A stretch of 42,496 bases of DNA from Patescibacteria group bacterium (GTDB lineage: Bacteria; Patescibacteriota; Minisyncoccia; UBA6257; UBA9933): positions 1 to 42,496 of the forward strand of contig JBBTPY010000002.1 of assembly GCA_038065955.1 (NCBI GenBank), given 5' to 3'. Below the pieces are notes generated by a model. It made no database searches and was not told where the DNA came from. It saw only the letters and a list, made by a program, of their open reading frames with translations. Of the stretch, positions 17,716 through 26,546 are shown in pieces. Numbering within the stretch: position 1 is the first letter of the stretch; the number at the start of each line of letters is the position of its first letter. The position numbers were made by a program, and so were the translations under genes.

Positions 17716-19971
17716 TTATGTCTGTAATTTATGCGGATTGTGGTTTTTACAATTTTTATTAGAACATCTTTCTGGTATGGTTTTTGTTCCTTGCATCATC
17801 AGCGAGCCGCAGAATTCGCAAATTTTTCCGGTTGGTTTTGCTTTGATGGCGAATTTACATTTTGGATAATTGGAACAAGAATAAAATAGGCCGAATCGGC
17901 CTCGGCGTTCCACGATTTCGCCAATTCCGCGTTTTTCTGCGTCCGTTCCGCGTTGTTCTGCGCTTTGTCCGCAAAGCGGACAAAGAACGCCGGTTTTTTT
18001 CTTCGCTTCTTCTTCGGGGCTGGTTTTGATGAATTTACATTTTGGATAATTATTACAAGAGATGAATTTGCCGAACCGGCCTTCGCGTTCTATGAGTCTT
18101 CCGCGTTTTTCCGCGTCCATTCCGCGTTGTTCTGCGTTTTGTCCGCATTGCGGACAAAAATCGCCGGTTTCTTTCGGACCTTCCATTATTGAGCCGTCAA
18201 TTTTTCGCGCGCCTTGGCATTCCGGGAATTTCTTACAGCTTAAGAATTTTCCGTTTCGCGAGAGCTTAATAACCATTAAACCGCCGCAAACGGGACATTT
18301 ATGTTCTTCGCCGGCTTCGCCGAGATTGGTAATTTTTTCCGCCGATTTTTCTTTTTCTTTTATTTCTTTAGAGAACGGCTTGTAAAAATCTTCCAACATT
18401 TTTTCATATTGTCTTTTGCCTTCGGCTATTTCGTCGAGTTTATTTTCCATTTCCGCGGTGAAAGAGTCGCTGATATAAGACGAGAAATTTTTTTCAAGAA
18501 AAGAGCTAACCACATCGCCTGTGTCGGTGGGTTTTAATGTTTTACCTTCTTTAATTACATAACCGCGGTCTTGAATTGTTTTAATAATGGAAGCGTAAGT
18601 GCTGGGTCTTCCGATTTCGCGTTTTTCCAATTCTTTTACCAGTCCCGCTTCAGTATATCTTCCGGGCGGTTCCGTTTGTTTACCTTGGCTTTCAATGTTT
18701 AATAATTCCAATGATTCTCCTTTCGATAGTTTCGGTATTTGGACTTCTTCGCCTTGAGCTTCTTTATCCGCCGCGAGCCAGCCTAAAAAAACAGTCATAC
18801 TCCCGATGACGGAGAAGTCGGGGATTGTCGTTTGTCGTTGGCTAATAATATTCGCTGAAGCTTTTGTTTTGAATATTTTGGCGTCTGCCATTTGAGAAGC
18901 GATAGTTCTTTCCCAAATCAATTTGTAAAGTTTATTTTGTTCTTCATTCGCTCCCGCGCTTTTTTGTCCGATTTTTGTCGGGCGGATAGCTTCATGCGCT
19001 TCCTGGGCGCTTTTACTTTTTGTTTTATACAGCCGCGGTTCAAGATATTCTTTCCCGTAAGTTTTTTCTATTTCTTTATAAATTTCGGGCAGGGCTTCTT
19101 TGCTGATAGTCATACTGTCGGTTCTCATATATGTGATAAGCCCTTGTTCGTAAAGTTTTTGTGCGATAGACATTGCGCGGGAAGGAGAATATCCGAGCCG
19201 GGAGCTTGCCGTTTGCTGGAGCGTGGAAGTGGTAAATGGCGGCCGGGGAGAACGTTTTATTTCGCTTTGTTTTATTCCCGTAACGCGCCACGGATTCAGC
19301 CGGGCGGCTTCCAAAATGCGGTTTGTTTCTTTTTCATCGCGCGGTTTTTCTTCGCAAATCAAGATTATTTTATCTCTTTTTTCGGTTTGAAATTCTCCTT
19401 CTATTACCCAGTAATTTTCCGGAACAAAAACTCTGATTTCCCGTTCTCGCTCCATAATAATGCGAAGCGCCGGCGATTGAACGCGTCCGGCGGACAGGCC
19501 GTAGCGGACTTTTTTCCAGATAAGGCCGCTTAAATCATAACCGACAAGCCTGTCTAAAACGCGGCGGGCTTCCTGGGCTTTGCGCAGATTTTCGTCAATA
19601 TCGTGAGGATGTTTTATGGCGTCTTTAATGGCGTTTTCGGTGATTTCATGAAAAACAATGCGTTTTGGATTTTTAAGTCCGCAAGTTTCTTTAATATGCC
19701 AGGCAATAGCTTCGCCTTCGCGATCAGGGTCGGTCGCAAGTAATACTTCATCCGCTTTTTTAGCGAGCTTTTTAATTTCGGCCACAACTTTTTCTTTTCC
19801 TTTGGAGATTTCATAATAAGGGACAAATCCTTCTTTAATATTAATTGCCTTTTTGTTATTTTTCGGCAAGTCGCGAATATGGCCGTAAGAAGATTCTATT
19901 TTATAATTTCCCCCCAAAAAACCGCTTAAAGTGCGCGCTTTGGTCGGGGATTCAACGATTATTAAATTCAT
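17716..19971 (-). CDS. topA: DNA topoisomerase I with four C-terminal zinc ribbons
   Basis: The TOPRIM N-terminus is MNLIIVESPTKA..ATDPDREGEAI. The active-site region is ITYMRTDS. The C-terminal CxxC ribbons end in the (S/N)CxNYPxCKF pattern. Two ribbons carry an extra AEQRG(T/M)DAEKRG insert. Confidence 0.95.
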   Translation of the reverse strand: MNLIIVESPTKARTLSGFLGGNYKIESSYGHIRDLPKNNKKAINIKEGFVPYYEISKGKEKVVAEIKKLAKKADEVLLATDPDREGEAIAWHIKETCGLKNPKRIVFHEITENAIKDAIKHPHDIDENLRKAQEARRVLDRLVGYDLSGLIWKKVRYGLSAGRVQSPALRIIMEREREIRVFVPENYWVIEGEFQTEKRDKIILICEEKPRDEKETNRILEAARLNPWRVTGIKQSEIKRSPRPPFTTSTLQQTASSRLGYSPSRAMSIAQKLYEQGLITYMRTDSMTISKEALPEIYKEIEKTYGKEYLEPRLYKTKSKSAQEAHEAIRPTKIGQKSAGANEEQNKLYKLIWERTIASQMADAKIFKTKASANIISQRQTTIPDFSVIGSMTVFLGWLAADKEAQGEEVQIPKLSKGESLELLNIESQGKQTEPPGRYTEAGLVKELEKREIGRPSTYASIIKTIQDRGYVIKEGKTLKPTDTGDVVSSFLEKNFSSYISDSFTAEMENKLDEIAEGKRQYEKMLEDFYKPFSKEIKEKEKSAEKITNLGEAGEEHKCPVCGGLMVIKLSRNGKFLSCKKFPECQGARKIDGSIMEGPKETGDFCPQCGQNAEQRGMDAEKRGRLIEREGRFGKFISCNNYPKCKFIKTSPEEEAKKKTGVLCPLCGQSAEQRGTDAEKRGIGEIVERRGRFGLFYSCSNYPKCKFAIKAKPTGKICEFCGSLMMQGTKTIPERCSNKNCKNHNPHKLQT

Positions 19972-20001
19972 AAATTTAAGTTAGAAGTTTAAAATTTTAT
20001 T

Positions 20002-20910
20002 TTATAAACTATAGCCATGTTTTGTTTCTTTAATTATTTCTTGGATTGTTAAAAGGGCAACCGTCTGATTGACTATTTGCGGTTCAAGTTTAGTGAGTTC
20101 AATAATTTTGTCAATATTAAGCGGACGGCCGGTTTCCTGGATAATTTTTAAAATTAATAATTGATTTTTGTCGGCGATTTTTTCCAGATTGAGTTTTTGT
20201 TGTTTTGGTCCAACCGATTTTTTAGGAAAAATTTCGGCAGGCAAATCTTCTAAAATATCTTCAATGGAAGAAACAAGCCGCGCGCCGTCTCTTATCAGTT
20301 TATGGGAGCCGCGGTAATTTGGATGATTTATCGGACCGGGGAAAACAAAAACTTCCCGGCCTTGTTCGGCGGCCAGTCGGGCGGTAACCAGAGCGCCAGA
20401 ATCTATTGGCGCTTCAATTACGATAGTGGCGACGCTTAATCCGCTGACAATTCTGTTTCGTTCCAGAAATTGGTTTGGCAAAGCGGGGGTCCCGACGGGA
20501 TATTCGGAAATAATCGCGCCGTTGGTTTCAATAATTCGTTTGGCCAGATTTTCATTTTGCCGGGGATAAATCGCGTGAAGTCCGCAAGCTAAAACGGCGA
20601 TAGTTTTGCCTTTGTCGGCAAGCGCTCCTTCATGAGCCGCGGCGTCAATACCCATGGCCAGTCCGCTGACAATCACCGCGCCGAGCTCGGCAAATTGTCG
20701 GCTGATTTTTTGAGCGAACGCTTTGCCTTCGGCCGTGGCTTTTCTGGTGCCGACAATGGAGATTTTTGGCGGGGCTCCGCCATTAATGGCGGACGGCAGT
20801 TCCGGCGGCAGTTCGCCCAAAATATAAATTTTTTTTGGCGGGTTAGGAATCTCTTTAAGCAGCGGGGGATATAAACGATGATCAATATTGATTTCACTTA
20901 ATCGTTCCAT
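20002..20910 (-). CDS. dprA: DNA processing protein DprA (Smf)
   Basis: The Rossmann-like core contains ISIVGTRKATAEG and AVIVSGLAMGIDAAAHEGAL. A C-terminal wHTH-like tail follows. I prefer ATG 20910 (MERLSE) over the track's TTG 20940. Confidence 0.88.
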   Translation of the reverse strand: MERLSEINIDHRLYPPLLKEIPNPPKKIYILGELPPELPSAINGGAPPKISIVGTRKATAEGKAFAQKISRQFAELGAVIVSGLAMGIDAAAHEGALADKGKTIAVLACGLHAIYPRQNENLAKRIIETNGAIISEYPVGTPALPNQFLERNRIVSGLSVATIVIEAPIDSGALVTARLAAEQGREVFVFPGPINHPNYRGSHKLIRDGARLVSSIEDILEDLPAEIFPKKSVGPKQQKLNLEKIADKNQLLILKIIQETGRPLNIDKIIELTKLEPQIVNQTVALLTIQEIIKETKHGYSL

Positions 20911-20963
20911 TATTATAAAATTATAGCGAGTGTTCGCCAATAACGCGAATTATAGAAGGTCTT

Positions 20964-21473
20964 ATGAAAAAAAAACTCTTTTTAATAATCGGTGTCGGTT
21001 TGGGCTTGGTTTTAATTTTAACGGCAACCTTCGTTTTTTTAAGTTTTGACATTACTAAAAAAACCGAGCAAATTAAAAATCTTCGGAAGAAGATAGTTTC
21101 TTATTACAGGGCAAATGAAAATTTGGCGATTTTGCGTTCCGATTTAGAGAGTGTCCAGTCGTATTTGCCGGGCATTGACGCTTTTTTACTTAATAGAGAC
21201 CAATTAATCAGTTTTCCGCGCGATATTAAATCTTTGGCCAGCCAGTTTCAGGTTGATGCCGTTTCAAATTTTTTGGAAGCAGGGAAAGGAGAAACCGGCG
21301 ATATTCGTTGGATCGGCGTAAAAGTAATTGCCGAGGGAGAAATGAGTAATTTAACAGAATTTTTAAAGGCGTTGGAAAACAGCCGGTATTCCGTCGGATT
21401 TAACAGTCTTGATTTCAGCAAGGCGGCTAAAGGTTTCAAGGCGACGCTTAACGGCAAAATCTTTTATTTTTAA
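20964..21473 (+). CDS. Hypothetical membrane-anchored protein upstream of PBP2
   Basis: 169-aa ORF with one N-terminal TM segment. Its stop overlaps the start of the next gene. Any PilO or MreC-like assignment would be a guess. Confidence 0.45.
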   Translation: MKKKLFLIIGVGLGLVLILTATFVFLSFDITKKTEQIKNLRKKIVSYYRANENLAILRSDLESVQSYLPGIDAFLLNRDQLISFPRDIKSLASQFQVDAVSNFLEAGKGETGDIRWIGVKVIAEGEMSNLTEFLKALENSRYSVGFNSLDFSKAAKGFKATLNGKIFYF

Positions 21474-23365
21474 TGCGAAAAGACCTTCTCTTAGAAGAAG
21501 CGGTTTTAGACGATTTAGCGGAAGATTTTGATTTATTGGAAGTTCCTCTTTCGGAAAGAGCTTTTAAATTAGTCGTTATTTTGGCGGTCATTATTGTCGT
21601 CGCCGTTTTTTTAAGAGTTATTTTTTTGGGAGCGGTCAGAGGAGATTTTTATAAAAACCGCGCCTTGTTTAACGCCGGCCAAATTATTCCTATTTCAGCC
21701 GAAAGAGGAATAATTTTTGACCGTTTCGGTAAGCCTTTGGTTAAAAACGCGCCGGTTTATCGCGTCAGTCTTCGGCTAGTGGAACTGATGAAAAAAGAAT
21801 GGCGTTTCAAAACTTTAACGGCCGTAAGCGACATTTTGGGAATTCCGGAGAAAGAAACGGAAAAATTAATAAGTTCAATTGATTTAGAAAAACAGGATGT
21901 TTTGACTTTAGCTCCTCAATTAAGCGAGGAACAGGCGGCAATGTTTCAAAAATTAAATCTTAAGCCGGTTATTATTAAAAAAGATTTTGAAAGGGAATAC
22001 CGGGATTCGGAAATTTTTTCGCATATCGTCGGTTATGTCGGTCCGACAACGAAAGAAGATATTGACGGTAATCTTTCTTTAAGCGATATCATCGGCAAAA
22101 GCGGTTTAGAACGGTATTACGATGACCGGCTTCGCGGCGGAGACGGTCAAATTATTTATTACCGCAACGCCAAAGGAGAAATTATCGATGATAAATTTTT
22201 AAGCGATGCCGAATCGGGCGCTGATATTAAAACGACCATCGACGCGGAATTTCAAATTTATTTTTTCAATCAATTAAAGAAAAGATTGGGCGAATTAGGG
22301 AGTCGAAGCGGAGTTGGTATCGCTATTGACCCGGGGAGCGGAGAAATTTTAGCTATGGCAAGTCTTCCATCTTTTGATGGTAATAAAATAACTTCAAAAT
22401 CATTAAATGATTCTGATCGGCCGTTTTTTAATCGGGCGATATCCGGCCTTTACGCGCCCGGTTCAACCATTAAGCCGCTTGTGGCTTTTGCGGCTTTAAA
22501 AGAAGGCGTTATTAAACCGAAAACGGAGATTTTTTCCAAAGGGTATATAGAAATTCCCAATCCTTATTTTCCCGAACAACCAAGCCGGTTTTTAGATTGG
22601 AAATCTCACGGCTGGGTGAATTTGGCTTCGGCTTTAGCCCGTTCAAGTAATGTTTATTTTTACGCTCTTGCCGGCGGTTTGCCCGACAGCGAGTTTGTTT
22701 TATTGAGGGGTTTGTCTAACGCAGACGACTTTGGCGGTTTAGGGATTAAAAGATTAAAAACATATTGGCAAATGTTCGGTTTGGACGAAAAAACCGGCAT
22801 TGATTTGCCATTTGAGGCGAGCGGTTTTTTACCCGACCCGGATTTAAAAAAAGAGCGCGGCAAAGGCCAGTGGCGCATAGGCGATACCTATAACGTGGCG
22901 ATCGGCCAAGGAGATTTATTGGCGACTCCGATGGAAATTATTAATTTTATCGCTGGCATTGCCGAAGGCGGGAAATTTTATCAGCCGTTTATCGCTAAAG
23001 AAATCGTCAATGGAAAAGGCGAGATGATTTATGAAATGGCGCCGCGGATTGCCGGAGATTATTCCGGCGATGCAGATTATTTTAAGGAAGTTCAAAAAGG
23101 AATGATTGACGTAATAGTAAAACCTTACGGCACTGCCAATTATTTAAGCGATTTGCCGTTCCGAGTCGCCGGTAAAACCGGTACGGCTCAGACTAAAAAC
23201 AAAACGCGAATTAACTCTTTTTTTGTCGGTTTCGCTCCGGTTGATAATCCGCGAATTGCTATTTTGGTATTGATTGAAAACGCTGAAGAAGGCAGCTTAA
23301 ATACTTTACCCGTGGCAAAAGAAGTTTTGAGATGGTATTATGAAAATAGGATAAATAGTTTATGA
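21473..23365 (+). CDS. mrdA: Penicillin-binding protein 2 (class B transpeptidase)
   Basis: An N-terminal TM segment and dimerisation domain are followed by the transpeptidase motifs STIK (GSTIKP), SSN (RSSNVY) and KTGT (GKTGTAQ). Confidence 0.9.
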   Translation: MRKDLLLEEAVLDDLAEDFDLLEVPLSERAFKLVVILAVIIVVAVFLRVIFLGAVRGDFYKNRALFNAGQIIPISAERGIIFDRFGKPLVKNAPVYRVSLRLVELMKKEWRFKTLTAVSDILGIPEKETEKLISSIDLEKQDVLTLAPQLSEEQAAMFQKLNLKPVIIKKDFEREYRDSEIFSHIVGYVGPTTKEDIDGNLSLSDIIGKSGLERYYDDRLRGGDGQIIYYRNAKGEIIDDKFLSDAESGADIKTTIDAEFQIYFFNQLKKRLGELGSRSGVGIAIDPGSGEILAMASLPSFDGNKITSKSLNDSDRPFFNRAISGLYAPGSTIKPLVAFAALKEGVIKPKTEIFSKGYIEIPNPYFPEQPSRFLDWKSHGWVNLASALARSSNVYFYALAGGLPDSEFVLLRGLSNADDFGGLGIKRLKTYWQMFGLDEKTGIDLPFEASGFLPDPDLKKERGKGQWRIGDTYNVAIGQGDLLATPMEIINFIAGIAEGGKFYQPFIAKEIVNGKGEMIYEMAPRIAGDYSGDADYFKEVQKGMIDVIVKPYGTANYLSDLPFRVAGKTGTAQTKNKTRINSFFVGFAPVDNPRIAILVLIENAEEGSLNTLPVAKEVLRWYYENRINSL

Positions 23366-24351
23366 ACTTTATAAACTCTCAATTGCGTCAAGACCTTGTT
23401 TCCGGCGATTGGATTGTGATTGCTCCGAAGCGGGCAAAAAAGCCGGAACAATTTATTAAAAAAGAAAAGAGAATCAAAGCGCCGATTAAAGGATGTCCTT
23501 TTGAAAATCCGCAAAAAAGCGAACATGAAGTTTTGAATTTGACGCGGCGGGATGGCGACTGGTCGCTTCAGATTATTAAGAACAAATATCCGGCTTTTAT
23601 TCATAAAGCGATTTGTCCGACGATTAAGAAAAACGGTTCTTATTCAGTAATTGACGGAGTCGGCTATCATAATCTTTTGATTACTCGGGACCATTATAAA
23701 AATTTTCCTCGTCTTAATCCCGCGGAAGCATTTGCGGTTTTTAGAGCCATTCAAGAGCATTATCGCCAGTTGGCCGGAGATAAATGCGTCGCTTATATTT
23801 CAATGTTTCATAATTGGGGGCCAAAAGCCGGCGCTTCAATTTATCATCCTCATTATCAGATTGTCGCCATTCCGGTGGTGCCGTCGGATATCGGCCATTC
23901 GCTCGCCGGTTCCGATAATTATTTCAAGAAAAATAAAAAATGCGTTCATTGCGCGATAATTGAACAAGAGAAAAAAAATAAAAACAGAGTTGTTTTTGAA
24001 AATAAGGGAGCGATTGCTTTCGCGCCTTTTGTTTCCAAGGAACCATTTGAATTAAGGATATTCCCGAAGAAACACCTGCCTTATTTTGAAGACACTTCGG
24101 AGGGTGATTTAAAATTTGTCTCCGAAGTTTTGCAAAAATCTTTGGCAATGATGGAAAAAAAACTTAAAGACCCGGATTATAATTTTTTTATTCACACCTC
24201 TCCTGTTTCAGAAAAAAGAAAACACGGCCATTATCATTGGCACATTGAGATTCAGCCGAAAATCAGCATTTCGGCCGGTTTTGAGTTGGGAACCGGAATT
24301 GAGATTACGGCAGTTGACCCTGATGAGGCGGCAAAGATACTAAAACGATGA
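23362..24351 (+). CDS. galT: Galactose-1-phosphate uridylyltransferase-family (HIT superfamily) nucleotidyltransferase
   Basis: The HxHxQ active site is IYHPHYQIV. The protein has a duplicated half-barrel architecture and a CVHC pair. It overlaps both neighbouring genes by 4 nt. Confidence 0.75.
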   Translation: MNFINSQLRQDLVSGDWIVIAPKRAKKPEQFIKKEKRIKAPIKGCPFENPQKSEHEVLNLTRRDGDWSLQIIKNKYPAFIHKAICPTIKKNGSYSVIDGVGYHNLLITRDHYKNFPRLNPAEAFAVFRAIQEHYRQLAGDKCVAYISMFHNWGPKAGASIYHPHYQIVAIPVVPSDIGHSLAGSDNYFKKNKKCVHCAIIEQEKKNKNRVVFENKGAIAFAPFVSKEPFELRIFPKKHLPYFEDTSEGDLKFVSEVLQKSLAMMEKKLKDPDYNFFIHTSPVSEKRKHGHYHWHIEIQPKISISAGFELGTGIEITAVDPDEAAKILKR

Positions 24352-24992
24352 TTTCAATAATATTGGAAACAATTTCCGTTTATACTTTATTGATTATTGA
24401 AACAACCGGTTATTTCGGCGTTTTTATTTTAATGGTTTTGGAATCGGCCAATATTCCGATTCCTTCGGAAATTATTATGCCGTTTTCCGGTTTTTTGGCT
24501 TCGCCTGCCGGTTCGCCGACTGGCAAGGGAGTTTTCAATTTTTGGTTGGTTATTTTTATCGGCGCCTTTGGGAATCTCATCGGTTCGCTTTTTTCTTACT
24601 GGCTCGGTTATCTGACAAGAAAAGGAGTTTTTCATTGGAATAATCATAAAGTGTCGGCTGAAGTGGAACGCGCAAGGCAATGGCTGGCTCGCTTCGGCGA
24701 TTGGGCGGTTTTTATTTCAAGGATTTTACCGGTTATCCGCACTTTTATATCTTTTCCATTGGGCATTATTAAGGTAAAATCTTTATGGCGATTTTCAATT
24801 TTGACTTTCGCCGGTTCTTTTATTTGGTCGGCGTTTTTGACTTATTTGGGTTTTATATTCGGCAAAAATTGGGAAATTTTATCTGTTTATTTCAGAAAGT
24901 TTGATTATTTGATTTTGGCATTGATTTTAATTACGGCCGGTTGGTGGCTATGGAGACATATTAAAAACAGACGACTTACGACTAACGACTAA
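24348..24992 (+). CDS. dedA: DedA-family membrane protein
   Basis: 214 aa, multi-TM. The SNARE-associated/DedA pattern is GYFGVFILMVLESANIPIPSEII..ISRILPVIRTFISFPLG. Confidence 0.85.
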   Translation: MISIILETISVYTLLIIETTGYFGVFILMVLESANIPIPSEIIMPFSGFLASPAGSPTGKGVFNFWLVIFIGAFGNLIGSLFSYWLGYLTRKGVFHWNNHKVSAEVERARQWLARFGDWAVFISRILPVIRTFISFPLGIIKVKSLWRFSILTFAGSFIWSAFLTYLGFIFGKNWEILSVYFRKFDYLILALILITAGWWLWRHIKNRRLTTND

Positions 24993-24998
24993 CGACTA
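24971..24998. repeat. Four tandem ACGACT(T/A) heptamers forming the dedA 3' end
   Basis: The sequence is ACGACTT ACGACTA ACGACTA ACGACTA. It encodes ..RRLTTND plus the stop of dedA. Positions 24974-24996 are the exact reverse complement of 25487-25509. Confidence 0.9.
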
Positions 24999-25018
24999 AT
25001 AATTTATAATCAGCAATA

Positions 25019-25801
25019 ATGAAAAAACTTATTATTTTTAATTGGAAAATGGCGCCGGATTCGTTGAAAGAAGCGAAACGGTTTTTTAACGCAGTTCTAG
25101 ATTTTAAATCTTATATTATAAATTCTGAAATTGTGATTACGCCGCCGTTTGTTTATTTAAACGAATTTAAAAATAAAAAACTAAAAAATTTAAAACTTGG
25201 CGCGCAAGATGTTTTTTGGGAAAACGCCGGCGCTTATACCGGAGAAATTTCTGCGAAGATGCTCAAAAATTCAGGCGTTGAATATGTGATTGTCGGCCAT
25301 TCGGAAAGGCGAAAATATTTAAACGAAACCGACGAAATAATAAATAAAAAAGTTTTGGCAGGGTTGAAAGCGGGATTAAAAGTGATTTTATGCGTTGGCG
25401 AAGATTTATTAATTCGTCGGCACGGCAAAAAAGCCGCGGAAAATTTTATTAAAAAGCAATTAGAAAAAGATTTGAAAGGAATTAGGTCGTTAGTCGTTAG
25501 TCGTAAGTTATTAGTCCGTAACTTTACGATTGCGTATGAACCGATATGGGCAATCGGCGCCGGCCATTCGGACACCCCACAAGATGCGGTGGAAATAATA
25601 AAATACATCAAAAATCTACTTGCCGCTCGCTACTCGCTAAATTCTATTAGAGTATTGTATGGAGGTTCTGTTGACAGTAAAAATGCCGCAAATTTTCTAA
25701 AACATCCGGAAATCGACGGCGCGCTTGTCGGCCACTCAAGTCTAAAAGCGGAGGAGGTTAAAAAGATGATACTATTGACAAATTCATATTTTACTATATA
25801 A
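25019..25801 (+). CDS. tpiA: Triosephosphate isomerase with a repeat-derived loop insertion
   Basis: The catalytic context is intact: NWKM, GHSERR and AYEPIWAIGAG. The extra segment SLVVSRKLLVRN just before the catalytic Glu strand is encoded by the inverted heptamer repeat. Confidence 0.92.
   Translation: MKKLIIFNWKMAPDSLKEAKRFFNAVLDFKSYIINSEIVITPPFVYLNEFKNKKLKNLKLGAQDVFWENAGAYTGEISAKMLKNSGVEYVIVGHSERRKYLNETDEIINKKVLAGLKAGLKVILCVGEDLLIRRHGKKAAENFIKKQLEKDLKGIRSLVVSRKLLVRNFTIAYEPIWAIGAGHSDTPQDAVEIIKYIKNLLAARYSLNSIRVLYGGSVDSKNAANFLKHPEIDGALVGHSSLKAEEVKKMILLTNSYFTI
25483..25520. repeat. Inverted copy of the heptamer repeat inside tpiA
   Basis: The sequence is TAGGTCGT TAGTCGT TAGTCGT AAGTTAT TAGTCCGT. 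Positions 25487-25509 are the reverse complement of 24974-24996 (23/23 by eye). Confidence 0.85.
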
Positions 25802-25854
25802 TTATAAAAGATTTTTTAAGATAAAATTTAAAATTAAATAAGGAGGGTATAGAA

Positions 25855-26436
25855 ATGAAAAAGTTATTGTTTACGACGTTTATAACTGTTTTTATTGTTT
25901 TGGCAGTCTCGTTGCCGCAAGTCTTTGCCTTTGATTATCTGAAGTTTGCATTAGGGGTGGGAAGCGGTTATGTAATTCACGAGGCAGCGCATCAGGCAGT
26001 TGCAGGGGTGAATGGAACACCATTTAAATGGCAGAATGGATTCGGTAGTACATGGGTAACATCCAATAATACCTCAGACAGCGAAAGATACGAGCTTGCC
26101 TCTGCTGGTCTGGGCTCACAGGTATTATCAACAGAGATAATATTAAACACAAAAGACATACCAAAAGACAGCGAATATGTAATCGGTATACTTACTTTTA
26201 ATGTTGTGAATGCCCTGCTATATGTGGTGAGTGACGGCGTAATGAGCCCTCATGACAATTACGGCGATATAGAGATGATGGACAAGGCAGGTCTTGACAG
26301 GGACTATGTTGGAACATTCTTGGTGGTTCATTCTCTGTATACAATATATAGGGCATATTATAAAACCGATATCCCTGTATATCTTACAATGAACAAGAAT
26401 GAAATAAAGATGGGCGTAACAATATTGAAGTGGTAA
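25855..26436 (+). CDS. Exported/membrane protein with an HExxH motif (putative metalloprotease-like), compositionally atypical
   Basis: 193 aa with a signal/TM N-terminus (LLFTTFITVFIVLAVSLPQVFA) and the motif YVIHEAAHQAV. It has a strong SD. Codon choice is visibly GC-richer than in its neighbours. Confidence 0.55.
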   Translation: MKKLLFTTFITVFIVLAVSLPQVFAFDYLKFALGVGSGYVIHEAAHQAVAGVNGTPFKWQNGFGSTWVTSNNTSDSERYELASAGLGSQVLSTEIILNTKDIPKDSEYVIGILTFNVVNALLYVVSDGVMSPHDNYGDIEMMDKAGLDRDYVGTFLVVHSLYTIYRAYYKTDIPVYLTMNKNEIKMGVTILKW

Positions 26437-26440
26437 TTTG

Positions 26441-26489
26441 GTCTCTGTTTTACTTTATAATTATAAAGTAAAACAGAGACTTTTTATTT
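26441..26489 (+). terminator. Very long perfect-palindrome terminator
   Basis: GTCTCTGTTTTACTTTATAA (26441-26460) pairs with TTATAAAGTAAAACAGAGAC (26461-26480), followed by TTTTTATTT. Confidence 0.8.
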
Positions 26490-26546
26490 GTTAAAATTAA
26501 AGCGATACTTAAAATAAGCAACTATAATAATGTTTTTTAGAAAATT

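Noticed and set aside
17953-19533. Several plus-strand ORFs (79-213 aa) antisense to topA, and similar antisense ORFs within rel, thiI, dprA, PBP2, secD, tpiA and the ABC gene
   Set aside because: All lie inside strongly supported conserved genes on the other strand. Their low-complexity Phe/Arg-rich translations are typical of antisense frames.
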